Notes: generated by a model not told the origin, from the sequence alone. Shown: positions 25,301-37,906, counted from the whole stretch's first letter. The stretch: DNA of 44,678 nucleotides, filler included, from Jimgerdemannia flammicorona (GCA_003990765.1; 2 parts of 2 records of this genome joined end to end with filler, not necessarily neighbours in it), one strand, 5' to 3'. Numbers and translations: made by a program.

Positions 25301-28300
25301 AGGGTAGAGGGGTGGATAAGAGAAGGGCCTCAGTTGGTATTAGGTGAATAAGGCTGAAGGAGGCTACTAGGGTCTATTGGAGAGAGGCAGATGTGGTGGC
25401 TGAGAGATAGAGGAAGAAGAAGAGGGTGTGGGTCTCTGCTAGATTGATAAGGCTGTTGAAATATTGGGCAGGTTTGGTGGCCCTGGAGGGGGTGGAGGAT
25501 TGGAGATTGCTACAGGTGAGAAAGAAGGTTATGGAGTTACAACAGGTATTACAGGAGAAGGAGGAAGTACAGGTACAAAGTATGGCAGCACATCTCCATT
25601 GGCAGAGGCTGGAGGAAGGAGAGAGACCTTCTAAGTTTCTCACAAGGGCTCTTCAGGTAAGGAGGGTTCAGCAGAGGTGGGAGGGGGTTCTCAATTCTGA
25701 GAGGATATTGGTACATAGTATATAAGATATTCTCAGGTCACTGAAGAAGCAGTGGAGTGACTTGTAGAGTGAGGAGGAGGGTGGAGTAGAAGATGCCTCT
25801 ATTGGTATTGCCTTGGAGGATTAGCACCTGCCACAGGCAGAAGGGCTGGGCAACCTGGTGATATCAGTACAAGAGGAGGAGATTTGCTAGATTCTTGCTA
25901 CAACTATGTTGGGTATAGTACCAGGGGAGGACAGCTTGCCCTGGGCTTTCTGGAAGAAGATGGTAGATGTCCTTAGTATACTGAGAGAGCTGAGGGTACT
26001 CTGTGACTTAGTACTGCAGTCTGGGAGATAGGTAGGGGAGCAGGATCTGGGGCTGGTGTGCTGCTGTATAAGAACAAGAGTAGGAGAGAGGACTAGAGGA
26101 ACTAGAGGCTGATCATACTACTGGACATAGATAAGAAGTTGATTACTAAGATGGTAGTAGCAAGATTGCAGAAGGTGGCCCAGCAGGTCTTAGAGATAGA
26201 GCAGTGGAGATTTGTCAGAGGCTGACTCATTTAGAATGACACAGCTTAGGTATATGATATTATTGAAGGGGTATGAGTCTGTGGATTAGATGAGTGCCTG
26301 GTCTTCTTGGATCAGAAGAAGGCATATAACTGTGTTCAGAGAGTCTGGTTGGTAAAGGTACTAGACAGGATTGGAGTCCCTCATTAGTTTCAAGCAGTAA
26401 TGGTTAGCCTACTGAAAGGGAGCAGGACTGCACTCATATATAATGGACATTGAGGGGTGGCCTTTTCTCTGGGTAGGGATGTTCTCCAGAGGGATCTGCT
26501 ACATATCTCTCATTTTGTATGCACTCTCCTTGGAGTCCCTAATGGATAGGATTTGGTAGAAGATAGGAGGGATTTCAGTTTATAGTATTGAGTGGAAAGT
26601 TGGTGCTTTTGCAGATGATATGGTAGTTGATCTGGGTTCAATTGCTGATGTTAAGAAACTCAAAAAGACTGTTGAGTGGTATGAGGTACACTCTGGGGCT
26701 AAACTCAATTAGTACAAGTGTGAAACAATGATACTAGGTAATAGCCTAGTAGAGGGGGAGGTCATTGGAACAATTGTCTCTGCTGAAGAGACAGTAAGAT
26801 ACTTGGGTATCTATCTGTCAGTGTACAGGTCCATTCTTTTAAAACTTTGGTAGAAGCAGCAGGTAGTTATCTGAGGGGAGGCCCTGCAAAGCTGGAGAGA
26901 CTGCCACTTGTCTCTAGCAGGGTGTGTTTCTATCTTGAACACTTACTGGCTGCTGAAGTTATGATACCTAGTGTACTATCTGAACTTCCTGGCCTGGGTA
27001 GTGAAGAGACTACTAAAACTGGCCAAGAGATGGATCTGGGCAGAGAGGAGGAGTCAGATTAGCTGGGAAATTTTATCCCTACTGGTGACTAGAGGGGGAC
27101 TTAGACTGGTTGACTTCCCAAAGAGATTATACTATCTGAGAGCATGGTGGCTGAAGAGAGCTGTTGAGCTGGGGGGAGGCAGCTGGGTTCCTCTATTAAA
27201 GAAGGTTTGGGAGATAAGATCCTCACTGAGAGGATCTACAGGAGATCTTCTGTCCTTAGTTGGGCTTCAGAATAATAAACATATATAGTTTAAGGGCTTC
27301 TAGTAGGGAGTTGCTAATAGGGCACACTACATTAGCATTTGTTAGCAAGGAGATAAAGGAGAAAGGCCTTGGGACCCAGTGATGTGGAGATGGGACCAAG
27401 TGTTACTGGGGGGCACCCCCCTTGGTGACTTTGATATTTATGATGGGATTGATTACTAGAGAGGATTGGGGCAGGATCTGTAGTCCAGCAGATAGCAGTT
27501 AATAGGTATTGTTAAAAAGTAGAACTGGAACAGAATCTGAAACTAGAGCACTGAGGTTTAGCAGTAGATGTTACTGAAGTATTAGGTGGTCTGATAGTGT
27601 ATGTTGAGGAGAAATATCATGCTCAACTTTTGCTCTGGCCATCTGGTGGAAGGGAGAACCCTTGACTGTGAGAAGTACTATAATGTTAGACAGGAAGAAG
27701 GTTTTATACAGATACCTGAACATTGGCTAGGAGAGTGTGAGGTACTCAGTAATCTTTGGATAGTAGTTGGAAAGAGGTTGGATGTCATACAGAAGGGAGA
27801 TAGTGTGAGGAGTCAGTGGGAGGATCTGTGGAATAGACTGGTGAGAGGGGTTAGAAAGGAATGGCTTACTTTAGAGTAGGTGCTAGCTATATGGATAGTT
27901 AGTACTCCTAACAAGTCAATTTAATCCGGATTGGATTCGGATTGATTCGGATTGAATCCCATCCAAATCAACTCGGATGGGATTCGAATCCCATCTGGAT
28001 CAACTTGGATGGATTCGAATCAACCATTGTTTTGATTTCCAAATTAGATAATTAAATGTTTACATCAATAACTCAATGAATAATCATCCAAATTTGATGA
28101 TCTTGGTGTCATTTGAAAGCCTTTAATAAGACCTATCTAATGATACCAAGAACATTAAAATCCGATCATGCATTGCTGAGTTATGAAGGAACCCGTCTGA
28201 ATCGCCGATTTTGGAAATTCTTTGATTTGCTGATTTTGGAAATTTCGTCAAATAGAACGTTTTCCTTAATATCTTGGCAACGCATAATCCTATTTTAATG

Positions 28301-28877
28301 TTCTTAATATCATTAGAACGGCCTTATTAAGGGCTTTCAAATGACACTAAGATCATCAAATTTGGATAATTATTCATCGAGTTATTGATGTAAACATTTA
28401 ATTGTCCAATTTGGAAATCAAAACAATAGTTGATTCGAATCCATCCAGATGGGATTCGAATCCAATCCGAGTTGATCTGGATGGGATTCGAATCGATCCG
28501 AATCCCATCCGGATTGACTCATTCAGAGCACTATGGATAGTATTGGTAGGATACTGGCTATATATATTTGAGAATAAGAGATATCTGAGCTCAGAGGTGT
28601 GACTATTGTGATGGGAAGGACTGATGAAGGATACTCTGATGGGTTGGTGGTATGGGTGGGGACTATAGAGTGGTCAGCAGCATTGTTTGATGGAGAAGAT
28701 ATGTATGTAGACAGAGTGGGGGAAGAGTTGGGGTTGTGGAAGACAGAGTGATTTTCAAGTATAAAGAGATAGAGAAGGGAGAAAGAGTTCCCCTATAGGA
28801 ATTAGATAGTGGGAGGAGATAATGTAAATGTATTAATAAATGGCAAAGTCTAAGTAACTATAAAAAAAAAAAAAAAA
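22395..28877 (+). mobile_element. LINE-e: essentially full-length, strongly decayed subfamily A copy (ORF1 ~22470-24465, ORF2 24497-~28827), interrupted by a MITE
   Basis: starts CTCCAGTAATATTCAGGTTA like LINE-g; APE and RT motifs (LLQDI, EGERPSKFL, DQKKAY, FADD, EHWLGEC); AATAAA at 28835; poly(A) 28862-28877. Confidence 0.92.
27900..28533. mobile_element. hAT-type non-autonomous element (MITE), copy 1, relatively young
   Basis: perfect 8-bp TSD TGGATAGT (27892-27899, 28534-28541); termini TAGTACTC...GAGCACTA; ~290-bp inverted arms; GGATTCGAATCC subterminal repeats. Confidence 0.9.
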
Positions 28878-31800
28878 GAAGAGAACTTAGACTATATAGG
28901 CCAAAACTTTTCCCTATCACTTCACTAGACATTATCTCTCTATTAATCTAAACTACTGAATTATCCTACAGTAGCTATATATATTAAATATGCTAACTCT
29001 CACTATATAGATTAGACTTATCTATTTACTAGAGCTAGATTATCATGACTATTATATGTGAGAGTATACTAATATATTAGATTTAACAATACTGAGACTA
29101 AATAAAAAATAGTCCCCCAAACTCCAAACAAAGGTTTAAGATAAAGAAAACCCCCCAACTAGCCAATAGAAGATAGAATAGATTTAAAGTAGATGAGTAA
29201 AGAACTTACATACAGAACTCTCTCAAAAGGACTAATACATATATATATAAGCTAAGGCTTAAACAAGCTCTACTCCTACTTCTTGAGCCTGTGGGCCTTG
29301 ATCACATTATTATATCAGCTCTTAGTTCTAGTTAGATACTACTAAATAAGAGAGAACCCACTCTTCAAGCCTGTAGATCTCAATTGCATCACTATGTTAG
29401 CTTCTGATTTCAGTTAAATATAGCCAGAATACTAGTCTCTGTACTACTTTAGTCAATCAAAAGGCCCTACCAAGATAATGCCTGCACCAACTCTAATGAC
29501 TATCCTCAGCTTAATACCCTACTGGTTCACTATTATTACCCTCCTATTTATCAATAACAGCTATCTTCTCTCCTATTTCAACTCTATCTAAAAAACAGTC
29601 ACTTATATCAGAACTATACTTGCTGAAAAGCTTACTAAAGCTCAGAGGACTCCACTATAGATACTAGAGATCTGTAGGTAATCTATACTAATACTTGAAT
29701 ATAATAATATCTTATTAAAAATAGTAAAAGAAAGAAAGTACTATACCAAAATAAGTAGTACTCCAAATGAGTCAATTTAATCCAGATTGGATTCAGATTA
29801 ATTTGGATTGAATTCCATCTGGATTGATTTGAATTGATTTTCAAATTAGACAATTAAATGGTTATATCAATAACTTGATGAATAATTATCCAATTTTAAT
29901 GATCTTAGTGTCATTAGAAAGCTCTTAATAAGGCCTTTCTAATGATACTAAGAATGTTAAAATCGGATTATGCATTGCTGAGTTATTAAGGAAAATGATC
30001 TTTTGATAAAATTTCCAAAATTGGCAAGTCAAATAATTTCCAAAATCAGTAAGTCAGACATTTTCCTTGATAACTCAGCAACACACAATCCAATTTCAAT
30101 GTTCTTGATATTATTAGAAAGGCCTTATTAAGGGCTTTCAAATAACACTAAGATTATCAAAATTGGATGATTATTCATCAAGTTATTGATATAAATATTT
30201 AATTGTCTAATTTGGAAATTAAAACAATGGTTGATTCAAATCCATTCAGATGAGATTTGAATTCTATCTGAATTAATCCAGATTGGATTCAAATCTGATT
30301 CAGATCAACTCATTCAGAGTACTAAAAACAAGTATATCTCAGATGTAGTCAAAAATACTAAAAACTGCAAAAAAGTGAAGTAAATACTAATCTGATACTG
30401 ATAAAGGAGTAACTCACTACTATTGCCTTTCTCCCATCATATCTCTGCAGGCACAGTAAACCAACCTGAGGTAGAGGGGAGAAAAGTAGGGGAAAGAGGA
30501 CTCAGAAGGTTATCTACCAAATCTTGTAATCAGTAAGATAGTAGAGAAAGAAGCCTATATAGACTACTCTCAGTAATAGTTTTAGATAGAGATCTCAAAT
30601 TTATAAGTACTTTCTGAAAAGCATTCTTTGAAATGATAAATAATAAGTTATCATTCTCTACTATCTACTATCTACAAACTGATAATCAGATAGAAAGAAA
30701 TAACAGAACTCTCAAACAAATATTGAGAATATTCTGTAGTTACAAATAGAATAACTAAGACTAATATCTCCTATTAGCAGAATTTGTCTATAATAATACT
30801 AAATAGTTATTTACTTAAATGATATCTTTCTTTATGAATACTGATCAACACCTATAAACTCTAGTAACTATAGAAAATCTATAGTACCTACAGTAGAAGA
30901 CCTTGTAGTAACTATTGAGAATATTATATAAGTAGTATAAAAAGAATTATAGAAGACTCAGGAGCAATAAGTCAAATATATCAATCAATATAGAAGAGAA
31001 GTTCTCTTAGAAGCCTCTAATATAACTATAGCAAATCAGACTAGATATCCAAAATAAAGTCTATATCTAAAATATACTAGATGCTATCTAGTTAAAGAAA
31101 TAATATCTAATATATTATATCAATTAAAACTCTTTCAAGATATGAAAATATATAATATATTTTATATCTCACTACTTAAGCAGTATACTTCAAATCTAAT
31201 TCCTAATTGAGAAATACTCCTGCTACTACTAATAATAATTAAAGGACAATTAGAATATATTATAGAATAAATTTTAAACTGCTAAGTTATAAAAAGAGAT
31301 AAAAAATCTCTTTAGAGTATTTAGTAAAATAGAAAGACTACTATTTACATAACTCTATCTAAAAACTAGAAAGAAATCTCACTAATATTAAAGAAAAAAA
31401 TTTTAGAATATATATTTAGTATAATAAGAAAAAAAAACTATAATCTTACTGATATATTACTTATATCTCCTAGTTTAAGAAAAATGAATAGATATAATAG
31501 GTCTAGATGATATAGACTAAAAATATATATAATCTACTGAATTTGAGAAAGTTGAACCTTTAACTTATAGTCTTGAGATTAACCTATCATCTATTGTACC
31601 ATAAGATACTAATTGCTAGAATAAAATAAGTGAATACAGAAAAAGTTACAAGAAAATTTTTCACAAACTAAGACTAATAGTCTAAAAGAGTTGACCATAA
31701 GAATGATAATAAGATTAAGATAAAAAATATATAAGCTTTCTAAGAAAAAACAGCAAAACTAAAAGTCAGTCTATTCTTCCTATATCACTGATGGGAAATG

Positions 31801-32404
31801 AGATATAGAAATTTAAGAAGATTGTAGTGGTTGATGTCAGAATTACTTCTAATATATAGTATTAAATATATAACTCTTTAATATATAAATTTAATATATT
31901 AAACAACTATACTATGAATATACTACTTTCTGAAAAAAAAAAAAATATTTTCAGACTTTTGACCATCTAAATAGTATAACAACACTATACCCAAATAAGA
32001 AAACTCAATAAGAATATTGAAACTCTATAAGACTATTTAACAAGAATATTAAATCTTAAAAAAGGAATAATGTAATAAAATTATATTCCAATATTATAAA
32101 GGATGATATCATCAAGCTGACATTATTGAATTCATGTTATCAGTAAGGTTATATATTAGAAAAACTAAGAATATTAGTAAGATTATAATGATTTTACACT
32201 AATTTCAGTCCTCTTTAACTAGCAATATCATAGTAGTCACATTAGTCTCTATACTAATTTAATATATACTCATATTGATATCACTATGAATATATCTCAG
32301 AAATAGACTAAGAATGCTAAAAATAGTATGAGACTAAATTAGTCTATAGTTATATTGATGTTATAAACTAAAATAGTCTATAATATTATAGAAACTAGAG
32401 TATA
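28878..32404 (+). mobile_element. very eroded Ty3/Gypsy (chromovirus-like) LTR retrotransposon relic: integrase core ~30570-30800, chromodomain ~31250-31385, possible PPT and 3' LTR from ~32071
   Basis: DRDLKFISTF* and STIYYLQTDNQIERNNRTLKQILR...LLLAEFVYNN resemble STAYHPQTDGQTERTNRTLEQ...LPLAEFAYNN; EYIIE*IL...EYLVK*KDY resembles a chromodomain; boundaries uncertain. Confidence 0.75.
29756..30324. mobile_element. hAT-type MITE, copy 2, older and in opposite orientation to copy 1
   Basis: termini TAGTACTC...GAGTACTA; TSD AAAATAAG (29748-29755) versus AAAACAAG (30325-30332); the central loop is the reverse complement of that in copy 1; CpGs lost. Confidence 0.88.
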
Positions 32405-34121
32405 CACCTTTCACCAGTAACATTCAGGTGACACAAGACTCTGACTACACTTATTACTATGTTTTCGGTATTTAGTGACTAGCAATATAGATGGCAATGA
32501 TCGAACTGGTGAGCGTACTGGTCAGGGGAGTGACAGCGCCTTTGGCTGGCAGCAGGTGGGGAGGAGGGGAGATGGTTTGGGATACTAGGGGCCTTGATGG
32601 CTAGCCAGGATATTGGTGGTGGAGGGAGGAGAGAGCTGAGGCAGAGAGGAGGGGAGAGGTTGACCTTTGCTGATAAGGTCAGAATGGGCAAGATGGCCTT
32701 GAGTCTTGATGGCTAGCTGAACCTGGAGATGGCATCGACAGCTGCTGCTGGGGGACAGAGAAGTGTACCCAGGGGAGTCTCAGGTGGCAGGGGAGGAGTG
32801 GGAGTAGGGGCTAGAGATGTGACTATTGATGGGGCTGTGGCTGGAGATCTGGCAAAAAATCCAGATGTGATGGTGGTTGGCAATTCAGGACTGATCATGG
32901 ACACAAGGCCTGGGGACCTGGCAGATGGAGTAACAGGCATGGTGTTGGCCCCGTTACTCAAGAAGTCGAGGTCAGAATTTGTGGTCACAATGTACTTCCA
33001 GGGCTTGGTAGTGATGGCGAGGATGATTTTGGGGCTGGTGGTGCAGGAGGCTAAGGGAGTGGCATCGGTGAAGTTTTTGAGGGGAAAGGAAGGGGTTAAG
33101 GTGGGGTTTGAGGAGGAAGACACCTTGTTGGCAGCCATGAAAAAGGGGATGATGGTTGGTAGGGTCATGGTCCCTATGGCCCGGTGCATGCACTGAGATC
33201 TGCAGGTAGTGCAGTTAATGGTGTTGGATCTCTCTACCATATCAAAGGAGAGGACCAGGGAGTTGGTTGTGGTGGCAATCCAGGAGTATGGTGAGATTAT
33301 CGATATTGGGTTCAAGGTCTGGGAGGGAACAGAGCTTCGAACTGATGATGTTGATATCAGGGTGAGGCTGGCTAGAAAGGAGAGTATGGGGAAGTCAAGG
33401 GACTGGCCAGCAATGTTGAGATGGGGACCGGTGGAATATAAGGTCACAAGGGTGAAGGGGACCCAGGAGGAGGAGGAGGACCTGTTGGAGGCTCTGGAGG
33501 ATCTGGAAGAGGTGGTTGCAAGAAGGAGGTTGGCCTGGAAGGAGTTTGAGGCCAGGATGGTGGTGGGGGAGGTGGATGGGAAGAGGGTCCAGATGGAAAA
33601 GGGGGCCTGGGAGAAGATGCAGGGGAGGTGGATCCAGAAGGAGCTGTTGGTGAAGTTGAGTGGGGGTAGGGCTGGTGGAAGCTCAGGGGAAGGAGTTGCA
33701 GGGTTACAGGAGAGTGCCTGGGCTGAGGGGAGAGAGATGGCCCAGGGTGGGGCTCAGATTGGAGTGAGGGAGGAGAGGGAGGGCAATGTGGAGGTGGATG
33801 CCGATATGGGTGAGGGTGGGCACCCTTAGTATAGTGTTCTGGATGGGGCAGAGAGGGGGGAGGAGTTGATGGTGTGCCAGATGAGGAGTGGGATGAGTCA
33901 GTGAGGAGGATCACACCAGTGGACCCCGAGGTGGATGGGGGACAAATTGCTCAGGGGGTGGCAGAGGCAGTGGATGAGGATAAGTGGATGTGGAAGACCC
34001 TAGAAAGGATAGCGGCTGAAGAGCTGGGGGGTGAGGACTTCCGGGTGATAGAGGAGAGGCACTGGGAGGAGATCCTATGGGGGGAGGAGGTGCTGAGGAA
34101 GATGAGGAATGAGATCCTGGT

Positions 34122-34621
34122 GAGGAGGAAGAAGGCCCAGTGGGAGTCAAGGGAGCAAACCCAGAGCCAGTGTCAAAGCGAACAGAAGACATGTGGAAGA
34201 GCATATATAAGGGGGATGAACAAAGAATGTAACTGAATGCATCAGCCATTTATTGCCATATAAAAACGCAGTCCTTATATACAAAATGCAACGTCCCAAA
34301 AGGGAGGATGCACCACAACTCAGGGCAAACTGAATTAGGAACCACATGACCACCAGAGATAGGCAGAGATAAAGGGGGAGCCAATCCCAGTTACAGGATA
34401 AAAATCACAAACAAACACAAACAAAACAAATCCAAATCGAGATTAAAAAACATCCGCAGACCCTGGAGGAGTGAGTGCGAGCAAGGGGTGAGGCCAAAAT
34501 GGAGTGAGCCACAGCGAGCCTGAGTGAAGCGAGGGGCCAAAGGCAGCGGAGGGGAGCAGAGTGAGGCTGAGACCCTGGAGCAAGCGCGAGACCCCAGAGG
34601 GGGCAAGGATGTTTTTTAATC
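34122..34621 (-). repeat. 3' pseudo-LTR with a tail extending into the start of ORF1
   Basis: near-identical to 37779-38278; the minus strand carries TATATAA, AATAAA and the ORF1 N-terminus (MSSVRFDTGSGFAP). Confidence 0.9.
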
Positions 34622-36701
34622 CTCTCCAGCAGAACCAGAGGCACCAGAAGGTGATGAAAACGCAAAATGAGAGTAATGGATTGAAGAAGAAATAGAAGGA
34701 AGACATGAACGAGCAATCAGAGGGCGTTGGAAAAGAGATGAAAGTCCATGGCATGAAAGAGAAGAGCGCAGGATGGTATCAGGGCATTGAGCAACCTAGC
34801 GAGCATGATCAAATGGTATGACAAGAATCAGGGGAGGGAAAGAAGAGGGGGTATGGAGAGGGTAAGGGGGGAGAGAGGGAAGGGAGGGGGGATAAAGAGG
34901 AGAGAGAAGGATAGAGCAAATAACAGACCATTCAACAGAAGCAAGCAGATCACGAATGATAGAAATAGGGTAGGCACGATGATGGACCATGAAGTTGCCA
35001 AGAACCCGAACAGCAGACACCCAATCAGAATGATGGGAGCAGCATAATGCAAGACAATGAGCCTCACCCCGAATATATTCAAGAAGAGTGCGATAAGGAT
35101 GATTGGACAAGAAGTCAGGGAACTGTTGGGAATGGGGAAAATGAGAATAAACAATAGTTTGGAAAGGAGAAAGAGAAATGGAAAGATCCAAAAAAAGGAA
35201 TACTAGTCATACTGCACACCCAGGTAATAGAATGGTGGGGAGGGTAGATGCTCAGGAACACACTAGGGATATCAACACCAGCAACAGCAAAGACAATAAA
35301 GTCATCGATATATCGGCAAAAGAAGATATCCCCAGCCCAGAACGCAATGGAAAGAGGTGAAGTAATATCACATAATGCATGCAATTCATGGGCCAGGCCA
35401 ACGAGGTTGGCAAGGGTGGGGGCACAATTCGTTCTCATGGCAATACCAGAAGTCTGGTGGAAGGAGCCAAGGGCCAACTCAAAATAATTAGAGCTGCAGA
35501 CGAGGAGTGTAAGCTCAACAATGGAAGCCAATGAAACTGGGGAATCCAAAGGAAAAACAATAGAACCCAAGAAACGAAGGCAAGCATTGATCTCATCAAA
35601 ACGAATAGTAGTATAAAAGAAAGAGAAGTCACCAGAGGCCAAGTGGGAAAAATGATGAACAGGCACAATGGTGGAGCAGAGAAAGGCGAGCTCCTGAGTA
35701 TCATGAAGAATAGTATACTCAGGCCCAAGATGGTGTTGTAAGAGAGCCATCCAGAAGAGAAAGAAGTGGGATAACCACTTTGAAATCTCAGTGGTAAGAG
35801 AACTATAAGTAGCTGTAATAGGATGCCAAGCCAAAGTAGGCTTGTGAACTTTAGGAAGAGTATAGAAAACTGGAAGAGAAATATCCGGGGAGGACAAAGA
35901 GTCTTGGAAGAAGTTAAAAATGGGGTTCACGAACAGAGAATCTGAAAGTGATCTAGCATGAGCCAGAGATACCCGAAGAAGAGTGAGAACCTCATCCAAT
36001 CCAAGAGTACTAGGCTTGTAAGCCATGGCTCGAAAGAGGGCAGAAAGGCCATCAAGGTAGAGCGACTTAGGAATAAGTGCAAAACCCTGATTCTTATCAG
36101 TGACTATGAGCAAATGCATAGGTAATTGCTTGACCGATTTAAGCATAGTACGCATGGCACAGTCCAAAACCAAGCAAGAGTGAGCACGTTCAGAAATGGA
36201 CAATGAGCAAGCTATGTTAAGAAATACGCAGTGTGAAGAGACATTGGGAGGGGGGACCCAATTGCTAGGAACAAAATAGTGAGAGGGCATCTCACTGTGA
36301 TCTTGAAAGAAAATGACAAGGTCAAGAGCACAACAAAAATGTGTGAGATGAGCCAGATCAGTAAAGGAGAATTGTGAGGGAGTCACAGAAAAAACAAAGT
36401 GAGGACTCAAGAATAAGGCAAAGACTTGAAGGGGAGAAAGGGGGCAGTCAGCTAAAGAAAAAGGAGGAGACAAAAGAGCTCCAAGAGAAGAATAAACCTG
36501 AAAGTTCGGGACAAGCAACTGGGAAAGGTGAAGGGGAGACAGCATGAGGAACCACTCAGAGTGCACCAGAAGTGATGATGGAATCTGAGAAGGGATGGGG
36601 ACACTGGGGGAGAACCATGCCAGAGGGAAGTTTAAGAGCAGGAGGCCTTCCCCTTCCCTCTGACTTTTTTTGAAGGTGGTGAACTCAACAAATAAGAGCA
36701 C
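34616..36701 (-). pseudogene. PLE ORF2 reverse transcriptase (one extra base in the T7 run at 35190-35196, premature TAG at 34796-34798)
   Basis: TDKNQG, FYTLPKVHK..WHPI, GDFSFFYTTI, GIAMRTNCAPTLANL, RYIDD, IPF(L)D, FLSNHP..GEAH, RAYP, LVIPF, RPLIA; ends ...SAGED* at the pLTR edge. Confidence 0.9.
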
Positions 36702-37906
36702 ACCCCGTCAGAGTGCCAGACCTTGTGGCCACAGACATTCATGCAGCCCTTACATTTAGGGGCACAGAGGGAGGAGGCGGAGGAGGAACCAGCAGAGAAG
36801 GCCGAAGGCGAGCGAGTAGCCAAAGGGGCAGCAGCATGAGGAACACCACCATGAGGACAGACGGACTTGGCCAGGTGCCAGTAGGCATGGTGGAGGCGAC
36901 TGGAGCAGATAGCATAGGGCCAAGCCCCAACAGGGTGAGAACCAAGTTGGCAGCCATACTTGGGGGCAGGAGGAACAGAGGAGGAAGCCTTGGCGGGGGA
37001 GGGGGACCGAGAAGAGGCCAATGAAGCCTGATTGGGCTTGGTGGGGGACTTGGCGGGGGTCTTGGAGGGGGCCTTGGTGGCAGCAGTGGCAAAGGAACGA
37101 ACCTTGGTACGGACAGCAGCACGAGTCTCAGCACAAATGGCCTCGGAGACCAAAACCTCAGGGGAGGTAGGCAGGGGAGTAGTGGCGGCAGTGCGAGCAG
37201 CGGTGGCAGTACATGACATCTCCTGCTTGTGAAGACGAGTGACAAAAGAGATGCCGGTGAGGAGGAAATGACATACAGCATTGATGTCAGCAGCAACAGA
37301 AGGAATGTCTTGGATGGCGAAGCCACAGAAGGGGGCAGTATCTGAAAGGCAGGAGGAGGTGAAGGCCATGAAGGCAGCACAGGCATGTTGGAAGGAGGCA
37401 GAGGCAGTGGCAGCGGAAGCAGCAGTGACATCAGTGGCAGCGAGCTTGGCAGCAGCAGTAGTGGCACAAACCTCTTCAGAAAGGGCTTGGCGGTGGGCCT
37501 CAGGGAGAACAGAATAGCAGATGATGGGTGGAGCAATGATGTCAACGTCACGGCGGAGACGAGCCTCCTTGGTAGAGAGGGCAAGAACCGACCGGAACTG
37601 GGAGAGGAGCGGATGACCAGAGGGACAAAGGTCCAAGGGGAGGGAAAGGATGGCAGACAAGATGTAGGCCTCGAACAAGACAGTGGCAGGGGTGAAGGTG
37701 GGGGGAGGGGGAGGAGGAAGTTCCTCATCCATGAGCTCATCGATGAGGATGGTGGCCCCGAGGGCAGGCGGTACAGTAGAAGAGGAAGAAGGCCCAGCAG
37801 GAGCCAAGGGAGCAAACCCAGAGCCAGTGTCAAAGTGAACAGAAGATATATGGAAGAGCGTGTATAAGGGGGACAAACAAAGAACATAACCAAATGCATC
37901 AGCCAT
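36632..37906 (-). CDS. PLE ORF1, 424 aa, unknown function (Ala-rich helical middle, Pro/Ser-rich linker, basic C-terminus)
   Basis: open frame starting inside the 5' pLTR and overlapping ORF2 by 70 bp; C-terminal PPSKKVRGK is NLS-like. Confidence 0.65.
   Translation of the reverse strand: MADAFGYVLCLSPLYTLFHISSVHFDTGSGFAPLAPAGPSSSSTVPPALGATILIDELMDEELPPPPPPTFTPATVLFEAYILSAILSLPLDLCPSGHPLLSQFRSVLALSTKEARLRRDVDIIAPPIICYSVLPEAHRQALSEEVCATTAAAKLAATDVTAASAATASASFQHACAAFMAFTSSCLSDTAPFCGFAIQDIPSVAADINAVCHFLLTGISFVTRLHKQEMSCTATAARTAATTPLPTSPEVLVSEAICAETRAAVRTKVRSFATAATKAPSKTPAKSPTKPNQASLASSRSPSPAKASSSVPPAPKYGCQLGSHPVGAWPYAICSSRLHHAYWHLAKSVCPHGGVPHAAAPLATRSPSAFSAGSSSASSLCAPKCKGCMNVCGHKVWHSDGVCSYLLSSPPSKKVRGKGKASCS

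Noticed and set aside
875..28827. alternative genetic code or readthrough to explain in-frame stops
   Set aside because: stops occur at different positions in different copies and match TGG/CGA/CAG transition mutations
34122..34621. hammerhead ribozyme in the pLTR
   Set aside because: no convincing CUGANGA...GAAA core with stems found by eye; a covariance search is needed to exclude it
36700..36760. apparent Cys/His zinc motif (CAPKCKGCMNVCGHKVWH) in PLE ORF1
   Set aside because: the Cys/His/Trp codons are readily explained by CpG decay of Arg codons in a basic tail
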